Part shown: in pieces, positions 46,987 through 55,577 of the stretch
Layout: every line of letters begins with the position of its first letter
How positions within the stretch are numbered: position 1 is the stretch's first letter
Origin: Promethearchaeia archaeon
GTDB lineage: Archaea; Asgardarchaeota; Lokiarchaeia; Sigyniarchaeales; SOKP01
Reading direction: 5' to 3'
NCBI GenBank assembly: GCA_029856155.1
Contig: JAHQWL010000007.1
Location: 1-64,000, forward strand
DNA: 64,000 bases
Translations under genes and position numbers: made by a program
Notes under the pieces: model-generated
What the model was told of the DNA's origin: nothing
The model's database searches: none
The model's input: the letters and a program-made list of their open reading frames with translations, nothing else

Positions 46987-48165
46987 TCATCTTAAAATCA
47001 AAATTTCTCCTTCAATTTTGCCAAAAAAGTTATTCTCTTCAATAAGCTCTTGCAAAATGTCATTAAAGTGTTCTGGTAAATTCATAACTATAGAATTTGG
47101 AATACTGCTTCTAATATCACTGATTGGAATCTCCAATTTTCCTTGATTTGCATAGAGATATTGAAAAATTTTACTCTTACATTTCTCTTTATTTATTTCT
47201 GTTTCTTGTCTTCTCTTAAGTTGCATAATTTCAGTTTCTTTTAAACCTCCTATTTTTCCTTCGTGAGTAAGTTTTCCATCTCTCATATGAAACACTCTCG
47301 TCGCAAATTCCGACACTGCGGCATCATGACTTACCGCAATAAAGGTTGCTCCTCTTTTGTTTAGATCTCTAAGAAGATTTAAAACCATTACACCAGTTTT
47401 AGAATCCAAATCACCCGTAGGTTCATCAAGAACACAGATTGCTGGATCATTTGCAAAAGCTCTAGCTATTGCGACTCTCTGTTGTTCACCTCCACTCAAT
47501 TCAGAAGGAGTATGATGTGCTCGTTCATCTAAACCTACTAGCCTCAAGAGATCCATAGCTTTTTTTCTTTTACCTCGACGACTTAATTTCCCTGAAAAAT
47601 GTAAAGGCACCATAACATTTTCCATAGCAGTCATTTGAGGGAGAAGGTTATAAAATTGAAACACAAAACCAATTCGCTCACGTCTTATTTCTGCTAATGA
47701 GTTATCACTTAACATACTTATATTGCGGCCTTCTAAGAAGATTTTTCCTCTCGTTGGAATGTCAAGTCCTCCAATTAAATTGAGTAAAGTTGTTTTTCCA
47801 GAACCAGAAGGCCCCATGATATCAACAAAATCTCCATTATCTATTGTTAAGTCAATTCCTCTAAGTGCTGCTACTGCTGTTGTCCCAAGTAGATATGTTT
47901 TGTGTAAGTTTTCAACCACAATTAAATGATCATAATCTCTTCCAACAACTTTTTCTTCTTTAGATTCTTTTTTCATCTTTTTCTTTTCTAAACGAGATTG
48001 AGAAAGGATATCTTCCTTTATCTGCTTAATTTCTTCTTGTTTTTTCTTTTTCTGCCATTTCTTAAAATCGTTAGAAAGTTCCCCATTCCAAATTGATAAT
48101 TTCCCAGTTTCTTCCTCAAATTGTTCCATAAGAGGAGTTTTTTCTATTTCTGGTAATTTAGACAT
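46987..48165 (-). CDS. LolD/MacB-type ABC ATPase with N- and C-terminal extra domains
   Basis: GPSGSGKTT, GFVFQFYNL, LSGGEQQRVAIARA, DEPTGDLD and the H-loop, plus about 80-aa N-terminal and about 95-aa C-terminal extensions. Confidence 0.93.
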   Translation of the reverse strand: MSKLPEIEKTPLMEQFEEETGKLSIWNGELSNDFKKWQKKKKQEEIKQIKEDILSQSRLEKKKMKKESKEEKVVGRDYDHLIVVENLHKTYLLGTTAVAALRGIDLTIDNGDFVDIMGPSGSGKTTLLNLIGGLDIPTRGKIFLEGRNISMLSDNSLAEIRRERIGFVFQFYNLLPQMTAMENVMVPLHFSGKLSRRGKRKKAMDLLRLVGLDERAHHTPSELSGGEQQRVAIARAFANDPAICVLDEPTGDLDSKTGVMVLNLLRDLNKRGATFIAVSHDAAVSEFATRVFHMRDGKLTHEGKIGGLKETEIMQLKRRQETEINKEKCKSKIFQYLYANQGKLEIPISDIRSSIPNSIVMNLPEHFNDILQELIEENNFFGKIEGEILILR

Positions 48166-48371
48166 CTGTAATTCTCTTTTTTCTATTTTTTTCTTCGTTA
48201 TTATATCATAATTCTAACATAAAATAAAATTTTTTAGAATATAACTCTTGTACAGATACGGAAATATTGCACATTTTTTAAAAATTAAGGTTCTATTTTA
48301 TTAGAAGATTCAATATCCTTTACTGATCTTTAAAAAATTCTGAATATAAAAAAGATTGGATAATCTAAATC

Positions 48372-49103
48372 TTACTTTTTTTTATTTTCCAAAAATTTAA
48401 GGATTTTTGCGTAAAGATCTTTGTCTGCCATTTTTTTTGAATTGCACTTTACAGATTTTAGGCTTCCAGGTATTTTAACTAGTTCCTTTCGACTATTTTG
48501 CTCTAAAATTCTTGCCTTTTTTGCGATCCAGATAGGATTATGCTCAATTCCACTTTTTTCATATTCTAGTTCAATCATTATATTTGTTTTATATTTCTCC
48601 TGTAAAAATTCTAATAATGCATTTTTACTGGAAATTATCGAAGTTTGAATAATTACATTCAAATCTTCATAAAAAGGATTAATCATTTTTTGTTCGACTA
48701 CATCTAGATTATACTCTGAATCAAGAAATATAGCACCACATAATGCTTCAAAAATATCTGCTAAAATGCGAGTTCCTTTAATTCTCTGTTTTTCCGTCTT
48801 AAAGATATATTTTTCTAAACCTATCTTATTTGCGATATTTTTTAAAGCATTATCACTTTCTAGGATTGCTTTTATTTTTGTAATTTCCCCCGAGTCTTTA
48901 ACTCCCTTCTTATAAAGTTTCAAAATAAGTATAATTTTAATTATAGCATCTCCTAATATTTCTAAGAAATCATAACTAGGTTTTCCAATTTCATTTGCTA
49001 ACCTTGGAGTGGTTAAGGCTTCTATTAAAAGTTCTTCTTGGTTAAATTCATATCCTATAAATTCTTGGAAATTTAACAATTTTTCTTTCTCAATAGCATA
49101 CAT
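48372..49103 (-). CDS. rnc: Ribonuclease III (catalytic domain plus dsRBD)
   Basis: YDFLEILGDA signature, LADIFEALCGAIFLD, and dsRBD-like KNALLEFLQ..SGIEHNP..SKKMA. Confidence 0.85.
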   Translation of the reverse strand: MYAIEKEKLLNFQEFIGYEFNQEELLIEALTTPRLANEIGKPSYDFLEILGDAIIKIILILKLYKKGVKDSGEITKIKAILESDNALKNIANKIGLEKYIFKTEKQRIKGTRILADIFEALCGAIFLDSEYNLDVVEQKMINPFYEDLNVIIQTSIISSKNALLEFLQEKYKTNIMIELEYEKSGIEHNPIWIAKKARILEQNSRKELVKIPGSLKSVKCNSKKMADKDLYAKILKFLENKKK

Positions 49104-49152
49104 TTTGTAATTAACTATTATTTTCAGTTAAATTTAAAAATTTAGACGAAAT

Positions 49153-49593
49153 ATGGAGAGTATGGAGAGTGGAAATAAGGAAAAAATTCTTGAGATGATA
49201 AAAGCAATTGAAAAAAAGAACTCAGAAATGGAGGATTTCATCTCAAATTTATCAATACCTACGAGGAATGAAATGTTAAAAGAAATTTCACGAGAGATCA
49301 TTAGTAATAATTCTTTATTACAAGAAATCTTAGGAACTGAAGAACAAATCGTAATTAGTGAGAATCAAGAGATGCTTTCTTTTGATCATGTAATTGATGG
49401 ATTTATTACTAAAATCCAGCAGAATCCTCATAAAAAGGTTATCTTTTTAAGAGAATATCTTGAATTATTTCAAGATCGAGTATCTGAAACAGATAAAGAT
49501 GTAATTATACAATCATTAAAAGATGAAAAAAATGATGAAAAGCTAAGAGATGAAATGATATCCTTAGCAAATATATTCAAACTTAACTTATAA
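49153..49593 (+). CDS. Hypothetical helical protein
   Basis: 146-aa ORF with normal composition and no recognised motif. Confidence 0.7.
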   Translation: MESMESGNKEKILEMIKAIEKKNSEMEDFISNLSIPTRNEMLKEISREIISNNSLLQEILGTEEQIVISENQEMLSFDHVIDGFITKIQQNPHKKVIFLREYLELFQDRVSETDKDVIIQSLKDEKNDEKLRDEMISLANIFKLNL

Positions 49594-49983
49594 TTCAAAT
49601 AATTGTAGTAATACTAATACATGCTTTATTCCTCTAATTTTTATTTTGCGTGTTAGGATCTTTTTAATAACTTTCCCAGTTGAGAGTTCATCGCTACCAA
49701 AGAGCTGCAAAAATATATTGGTGGTTGTTTGTAAAAATCCATCCCACCCCGCGTTTTTCTTATTTATGTTTTCTTTTGGCTCATTTTTAAGGCCTTCTAC
49801 ATATATTTTACCTTTATCTATTATCAACATTGCAGCCCATTTTCCATCCTTTGCATTCAGAAGAACTTTAACTTCAGTATCCTTAAATTTTTCTTTAAAT
49901 TTTTCCATCTCATTCAACGGTTCCACTTGTTTGGATAAAATTCCAGCAAAACCATGTAATCGAGTCTTTTTTTCTTCTACCAT
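49588..49983 (-). CDS. SCP2 (sterol carrier/lipid-binding)-like protein
   Basis: SCP2-like C-terminus: D..L.T...FLQL..GELS..K.ILTRKIKIRG. Confidence 0.65.
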   Translation of the reverse strand: MVEEKKTRLHGFAGILSKQVEPLNEMEKFKEKFKDTEVKVLLNAKDGKWAAMLIIDKGKIYVEGLKNEPKENINKKNAGWDGFLQTTTNIFLQLFGSDELSTGKVIKKILTRKIKIRGIKHVLVLLQLFEL

Positions 49984-50161
49984 ATAAATCTACACTTAGA
50001 TATGTTTGTTAATTATATTGTGAAATTTTTTTTCTAATTATAATTTTTTTACTTCTCAGATAATTTAAAACTTTAAATATTTGAGATTAAAAAATTTTTT
50101 TTAATCAAGTAAATCCAAGGAAGAATAAGTGATCTGACTATATATCCCTCTAAACAAGACT

Positions 50162-50419
50162 CTAGAAGTTATCTGACTCTGCACTTCCAAAAAATTCTTC
50201 AAAAGCTTTTCGGTCTTGAGCAGAAATTCTATTGCTTCTTAACTTTTCTTTTACTATGATTGGAGCACTTTCTTTTTCATCATGCTTGATGGCCTTTTTA
50301 ATTTTGTACTCCTCCGTTTTTGAAGAATCTAAGTCAAATTCCACATCACATGCCTTACAATATAATTTCTTGTTCTTTGGGATTAATATGTTATCACAAT
50401 TAGGGCAGAAGTTCATCAT
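50162..50419 (-). CDS. TFS/RpoM(Rpb9)-like protein with N-terminal Zn ribbon only
   Basis: MNFCPNCDNILIP....LYCKAC; lacks the C-terminal ribbon and the QxRSADE hairpin. Confidence 0.75.
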   Translation of the reverse strand: MMNFCPNCDNILIPKNKKLYCKACDVEFDLDSSKTEEYKIKKAIKHDEKESAPIIVKEKLRSNRISAQDRKAFEEFFGSAESDNF

Positions 50420-50802
50420 TTCTACAATTTTTTTTTTAATTTGGTTTAGATATTTAAACTTATTGGTTTATTCGTGTATTTCCTATGTTTTTTTAAAATT
50501 GTCAGAAATATAAAAAATATTATAGCTTTATAAATTTATCGCATTACTCAAATAATTGTTATCGTATCACAGATATATAAACCTCTAGTTTTACTATTAA
50601 TAAAATCTTCAAAAACTAGATGATCACATACAAGAATTTTCAAAAAAAATCCATAGAATTTGTGATCAAATATCTATTTGAATAAAAACCGATTCTATAA
50701 ATATTTCTAAACATGATTTATAAAAAAATCAAACAAAGATAATTAATTATCTAATATTTGTACTACCAGTAAAATTTAATAAAGGGATATAAAGATATAT
50801 TT

Positions 50803-51543
50803 ATGAAAAAAATGGATGATGAAAAGAAATTTCTAATAATTGCTCATAGAGGTGCTAGCAATATAGCACCTGAAAATACATTAAAAGCCTTTAAGAAAGC
50901 TATAGAATTAAAAGCAGATTGTATTGAATTTGATATTCATAAATCTAAAGATGGGGAAATCGTAATAATGCACGATGCTAATACGTACAGAACAACAGGT
51001 CATTATGGATCAGTAAAAGAAATGACCCTTGAAGAGTTAAGACAACTTGATTGCGGAGATGGTGAGAAAATACCTACTTTGCGAGAATTAGTTAGGTTAG
51101 CAAAGGGAAAGATTGGCTTGAACTGTGAGGTAAAAGTTAGAGGTATCGCTGAACAAATTATAAAAACTCTCAATGAAGAAGATAGTCTTAAAACAACGAT
51201 AATTAGTTCATTTAAACACGATATTTTGTTAAAAATTCAGAAATTAGAACCAAGAATTAAATTGGCATCGTTGGAACCTACTAAAACGGGATGGATAAGA
51301 AGTTGGATATCAAGGAGAAAATTAATTAGGGTAGCGATTAATAATAAGTTTTATGCTATTAACCCTTTCTTTAAACTTGTGAATAGAAATTTTATAGCTA
51401 AAACTCATAATAATAATCTCAAAATTTTTCCTTGGACTGTGAATTCTGATTCTGCCATAAAGAAGCTGATTAATCTTGGAGTTAATGGAATTATTACTAA
51501 TGATGTTGAGAAAGTTAGAAAGTTATCGAATCAAATAATTTAA
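50803..51543 (+). CDS. ugpQ: Glycerophosphodiester phosphodiesterase 1
   Basis: AHRGAS..PENT, EFDIH, IMHD, WTVN, GIITN. Confidence 0.92.
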   Translation: MKKMDDEKKFLIIAHRGASNIAPENTLKAFKKAIELKADCIEFDIHKSKDGEIVIMHDANTYRTTGHYGSVKEMTLEELRQLDCGDGEKIPTLRELVRLAKGKIGLNCEVKVRGIAEQIIKTLNEEDSLKTTIISSFKHDILLKIQKLEPRIKLASLEPTKTGWIRSWISRRKLIRVAINNKFYAINPFFKLVNRNFIAKTHNNNLKIFPWTVNSDSAIKKLINLGVNGIITNDVEKVRKLSNQII

Positions 51544-51581
51544 GAATCTCAATTTAATAAAATGAAATATTTCGGATAATT

Positions 51582-52316
51582 ATGAATGAAAATAAAAGTC
51601 AACCTTTAATAATTGGTCATAGAGGGACTTATGATGAGGCTCCTGAAAACACATTAAAAGGATTTAAAAAAGCAATTGAATTGGGGGCTGATTATATTGA
51701 ATTTGATGTACACAAATCTCAAGATGGAGCTCTTGTAGTAATCCATGGTAATGATATTCTCAGAAGAATGGGATATAATAAATCAATAGACGAAATGACA
51801 TTAAACGAATTAAAAAAAATAGATATTGGAGAGGGTGAAACAGTCCCTGAATTATGGGAAGTATTAAAACTAGCTAAGGGGAAAATAAATTTACTCTGTG
51901 AAATTAAAGCAAAAGGGATTTCTAATGAAGTAATCTCTCTCCTTAGAGAGGAAGATATGTTAAATTCAACAATTTTTCAATCATTTTATGTTGATGTGTT
52001 ATTAGAAGTTAGAAAAATTGACCCAGAATCTGATGTAGCACTAATTCTTCCGATTACTGAAGAGTATTTGCCTGAATGGGATAAAAGAAAAGAACTTATT
52101 GAAACTGTAATTAAATTAAACTTTCCTATTATAGAAACTAGATTTAAAAATGTAGACGAAGTATTTGTAAGTTATTCTCATAAACATAATTTAAGGGTAT
52201 TTGTTTATACATTTAATACAAAAAAGACAATAGATAGATATGTAAGTATGGGTGTTGATGGAATTATCGTAAATAGTATTTCAAAAGCAAAAAGAGTCCT
52301 TGAACAAAAATATTAA
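51582..52316 (+). CDS. ugpQ: Glycerophosphodiester phosphodiesterase 2
   Basis: GHRG..PENT, EFDVH, VIHGN, YTFN, GVDGII. Confidence 0.9.
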   Translation: MNENKSQPLIIGHRGTYDEAPENTLKGFKKAIELGADYIEFDVHKSQDGALVVIHGNDILRRMGYNKSIDEMTLNELKKIDIGEGETVPELWEVLKLAKGKINLLCEIKAKGISNEVISLLREEDMLNSTIFQSFYVDVLLEVRKIDPESDVALILPITEEYLPEWDKRKELIETVIKLNFPIIETRFKNVDEVFVSYSHKHNLRVFVYTFNTKKTIDRYVSMGVDGIIVNSISKAKRVLEQKY

Positions 52317-52361
52317 AAAAATTTTAAATCGTTATTTATAAACTACATTTTATGAATTCTT

Positions 52362-53084
52362 ATGAAAAATGATAATGATATTTTGGTTATTGGTCATATA
52401 GGGGCCAAATCTATAGCTCCAGAGAATTTATTAAAGTCCTTTCAAAAAGCAATCGAATTAAATGCAGACTTCATTGAATTTGACCTTCGGTTATCTAAAG
52501 ATGGTGAATTCGTTATTATTCACGATGAAAATACTCTTAATCTAACTGGTCATAATGGTTTAGTAAAAGAGATGACGTTGAGAGAATTAAAACAATTAGA
52601 TATTGGAGAAGGTGAAAAAATACCTACACTTGCAGAATTAATAAAAATCACTAAGGGAAAGATAAAACTGCTAACCGATCTTAAAGTATGGGGATTCACT
52701 CAGGATTTAGTAAATATCTTAAGAAAGAATGATCTTATTGAAAGTTCAATAGTTAGTTGTTTTGAAATCGCAGAACTGTTAAAAATTAAAGAACTTGAAC
52801 CAACACTAAGAATAGGGTATTCAATTCCTAGACCCTTAACTAATCTTAGAAGGGTTAAACGCTATATGCAAAGAGCAATAGATAATGAATTCTATGCCAT
52901 TCATCCTTATTATCATATAGTTGATAAAGCCTTAGTAGAATTTGCTCATGAAAATGGTTTAAAAGTGCATGTTTGGACAGTTAATGAAGAAAGTCTGATG
53001 AGAAAATTAATTAATTTACGTGTTGATGCAATTATCACCGATGATATTACTTTATTAAGTAAATTACTGGGGAGATCTTATTAA
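52362..53084 (+). CDS. ugpQ: Glycerophosphodiester phosphodiesterase 3 (HRG changed to HIG)
   Basis: GHIGAK..PENL, EFDLR, IIHD, WTVN, IITD. Confidence 0.88.
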   Translation: MKNDNDILVIGHIGAKSIAPENLLKSFQKAIELNADFIEFDLRLSKDGEFVIIHDENTLNLTGHNGLVKEMTLRELKQLDIGEGEKIPTLAELIKITKGKIKLLTDLKVWGFTQDLVNILRKNDLIESSIVSCFEIAELLKIKELEPTLRIGYSIPRPLTNLRRVKRYMQRAIDNEFYAIHPYYHIVDKALVEFAHENGLKVHVWTVNEESLMRKLINLRVDAIITDDITLLSKLLGRSY

Positions 53085-53137
53085 TAAAATATTTTAGTCC
53101 AGTTTTACTATTCTAATTAAAATGTTTATCATATTTA

Positions 53138-54634
53138 GTGGATTTTTTTATGTCAATAATTAAACAAAACCAAAAAGTTGATTTTGATAAACTATTTTTT
53201 CCCAGGTCTATTGGGATAATTGGAGTGAGTCATGATCCCGGTAGTGGAGGCTTTTTTCTTCGATGTATGAGAAACAGATTTAAGGGGCCTATTTATTTAT
53301 TTAATCCACGATTAAGTGGTCAAGAGTTATACGGTTATAAAATTTATGGTTCTATTTTGGAGATATCTGAACCGATTGAATACGTGATTTTAGCAGTTCC
53401 CGCTCGACTATGCCCTAAGCTAATGGAAGAAATTGGTCAAAAAGGTGTCCCTTTTGTAACCGTTTTTGCTTCAGGTTTCCGTGAAGTAGGAAATGAAAAT
53501 CTCGAAAAAGAGATTTTAGATATTGCCAAACAATATAATATTAGAATTATCGGACCAAATTGTTTAGGAGTTTACAATCCTAGAGCAGGATTGTATTTTG
53601 CTTTTGAACAATCTAAAAAAGCGGGTAATTTTAGTGGAGTTTTTCAATCCGGCGGGATTGCTCAAAATTTATCTCATTTAGCAGTCTCTTATGGATTATA
53701 TATTTCCAAATTTATATCAATTGGGAATGCTTTAGATCTATCTCCCGCAGATTTTTTAGAATATTTCCTGGATGATGAGTATACAAAAATCATCGGATTA
53801 TATATTGAAAACTTAAGATCCATAACTCAAGGAAGACAATTTATGAAAATGCTTAAAGAATGTAACTTAAATAGAAAACCGGTAATACTTTGGAGAGCAG
53901 GATATGGAGAAGCAACAAAAAAAGCAATTTTATCTCATACCGGTGGTCTTGCCGGGAACAATGAAATTTGGAAAGCTGTTGGTAAACAAACAGGTAGTTG
54001 TATAGTTAACAATTCAAACGAACTTACTGCCTTAGCATCAGCTTTTAATTTAACTCATTTACCAGAAACTCGTAATGTGGGTATTATTGGAATTGGTGGA
54101 GGGTCCACGATCGAAGCAATAGATATACTTGAAAAATACAACTTAAAAATACCCAGTTTGACAGAAAAAACCATTAATAAAATGAATAGGTTTTTACCAG
54201 ATGTAAATACAAATGTTACGAACCCACTTGATCTTGGTGGTGCTGGTATACAGCCTAATATCTATTATCGAACTATCTTGGCTTTAGATAAAGATCCAAA
54301 TATCTCAGCAACTGTTTTTATAAAAGATCCTGAAAGATTTGGAGGTTTTCAAGATTTATTAGAAGAAATGGGTTATAAAGATATGGATCTTAATAAAGAG
54401 TTTATAAGATATATATCTAAAGCAAAAAGAATCTGTACAAAACCCATGTATTGTGTTATGTTAAAAATAAATGAGGGATTTGAAGAATATAAAAGTAGAT
54501 ACAAGTTCAAACTGAAACTTTTGAACCGTAATGTTCCCGTTTTTGAAAGCCTGGAATTAACTGGAGCTGTTTTAGATAAAATTAATTCATATAGAGAATT
54601 CTTGCAAAAGCATAGTAAATTTCCAAAGAAGTAA
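53138..54634 (+). CDS. acdA: NDP-forming acyl-CoA synthetase alpha subunit
   Basis: FPRSIGIIG, ASGFRE, GPNCLG, QSGG, SHTGGLAG (phospho-His), NPLDL. ATG 53150 is an alternative start. Confidence 0.87.
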   Translation: MDFFMSIIKQNQKVDFDKLFFPRSIGIIGVSHDPGSGGFFLRCMRNRFKGPIYLFNPRLSGQELYGYKIYGSILEISEPIEYVILAVPARLCPKLMEEIGQKGVPFVTVFASGFREVGNENLEKEILDIAKQYNIRIIGPNCLGVYNPRAGLYFAFEQSKKAGNFSGVFQSGGIAQNLSHLAVSYGLYISKFISIGNALDLSPADFLEYFLDDEYTKIIGLYIENLRSITQGRQFMKMLKECNLNRKPVILWRAGYGEATKKAILSHTGGLAGNNEIWKAVGKQTGSCIVNNSNELTALASAFNLTHLPETRNVGIIGIGGGSTIEAIDILEKYNLKIPSLTEKTINKMNRFLPDVNTNVTNPLDLGGAGIQPNIYYRTILALDKDPNISATVFIKDPERFGGFQDLLEEMGYKDMDLNKEFIRYISKAKRICTKPMYCVMLKINEGFEEYKSRYKFKLKLLNRNVPVFESLELTGAVLDKINSYREFLQKHSKFPKK

Positions 54635-54670
54635 TTTTAAAGCTTATTCTTAAATTCTAATTCATTCTTT

Positions 54671-55492
54671 TTAATAGATTTTCGGGGGTTCTGGGGGATT
54701 TCCTAACATTTCTGACATTAATTGTTGGAAATTATCGAAATGACCTGGTAGAATTTTTTGTACAAAAAACGCTTCAGCTGCTTTCAAGTTAACTTTTTTT
54801 CCTGTCACTGATGCCATCGATCGTAAAAGTCTATTTGCAAATTTGGTAAGTTTCTTCATATCTTCCATGGTTACATTTGCAGGATCGATATCTGGTGCAA
54901 ACAATTTAGCTAAAATTTCAAGTGAACCTTCATATTTCAAAAGTGCAGTCATTTTTTTCTCAAGTGTAGAGGAAATATCTACATAACAATTAGGTTGATG
55001 ACCGAGAAAACCCATAAACCATACTTCAGAACATGAGTAGGGTTCTATATCTCCTTTTAATTGATCAGAATAGAGTAATGGAAAAGAAGCAAATGTAGCT
55101 GCTTCAGATGCCATACGACCAACAACAACATGATCAGGGTGAACTTCATAAGGTGTCCATGGATCAAGTGTCATCACTCGATCTGCTCTTAATTTTCTAA
55201 TAAAATAGACAAGTTTTTCACGTAATTCTGGTCCATTGATAAATCCTGCATCAGGGTAATTTAGAAGTATTGGTTCTTCTATTCCAAGTATTTTATTAGC
55301 GGATTTTAGTTCCTTTAATCTTTTTTCAGTGACTTGCTCTTTTGTCATATCGCGCCTTAAAGTACCAACCTCTCCATTTGTACAACAAATTGTAAATACA
55401 GAATGTCCTTCCTCTGCCCATCTCGCTAACGTACCACTACCACTATAAAAAGATAAATCGTCCGGATGAGCAAAAATTGCTAATATATTCAT
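54671..55492 (-). CDS. PIG-L/LmbE-family N-acetylglucosaminyl deacetylase
   Basis: AHPDD, TNGEVG, HPDH and AEAF; likely start MNILAI at 55492. Confidence 0.9.
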   Translation of the reverse strand: MNILAIFAHPDDLSFYSGSGTLARWAEEGHSVFTICCTNGEVGTLRRDMTKEQVTEKRLKELKSANKILGIEEPILLNYPDAGFINGPELREKLVYFIRKLRADRVMTLDPWTPYEVHPDHVVVGRMASEAATFASFPLLYSDQLKGDIEPYSCSEVWFMGFLGHQPNCYVDISSTLEKKMTALLKYEGSLEILAKLFAPDIDPANVTMEDMKKLTKFANRLLRSMASVTGKKVNLKAAEAFFVQKILPGHFDNFQQLMSEMLGNPPEPPKIY

Positions 55493-55577
55493 AAAAATCA
55501 ATATAGTATCATTCAATATATAATATTGGATAATAAGAATAAAAATTGAAAAAGAACAAGAAAATTAAATTTTAAAA

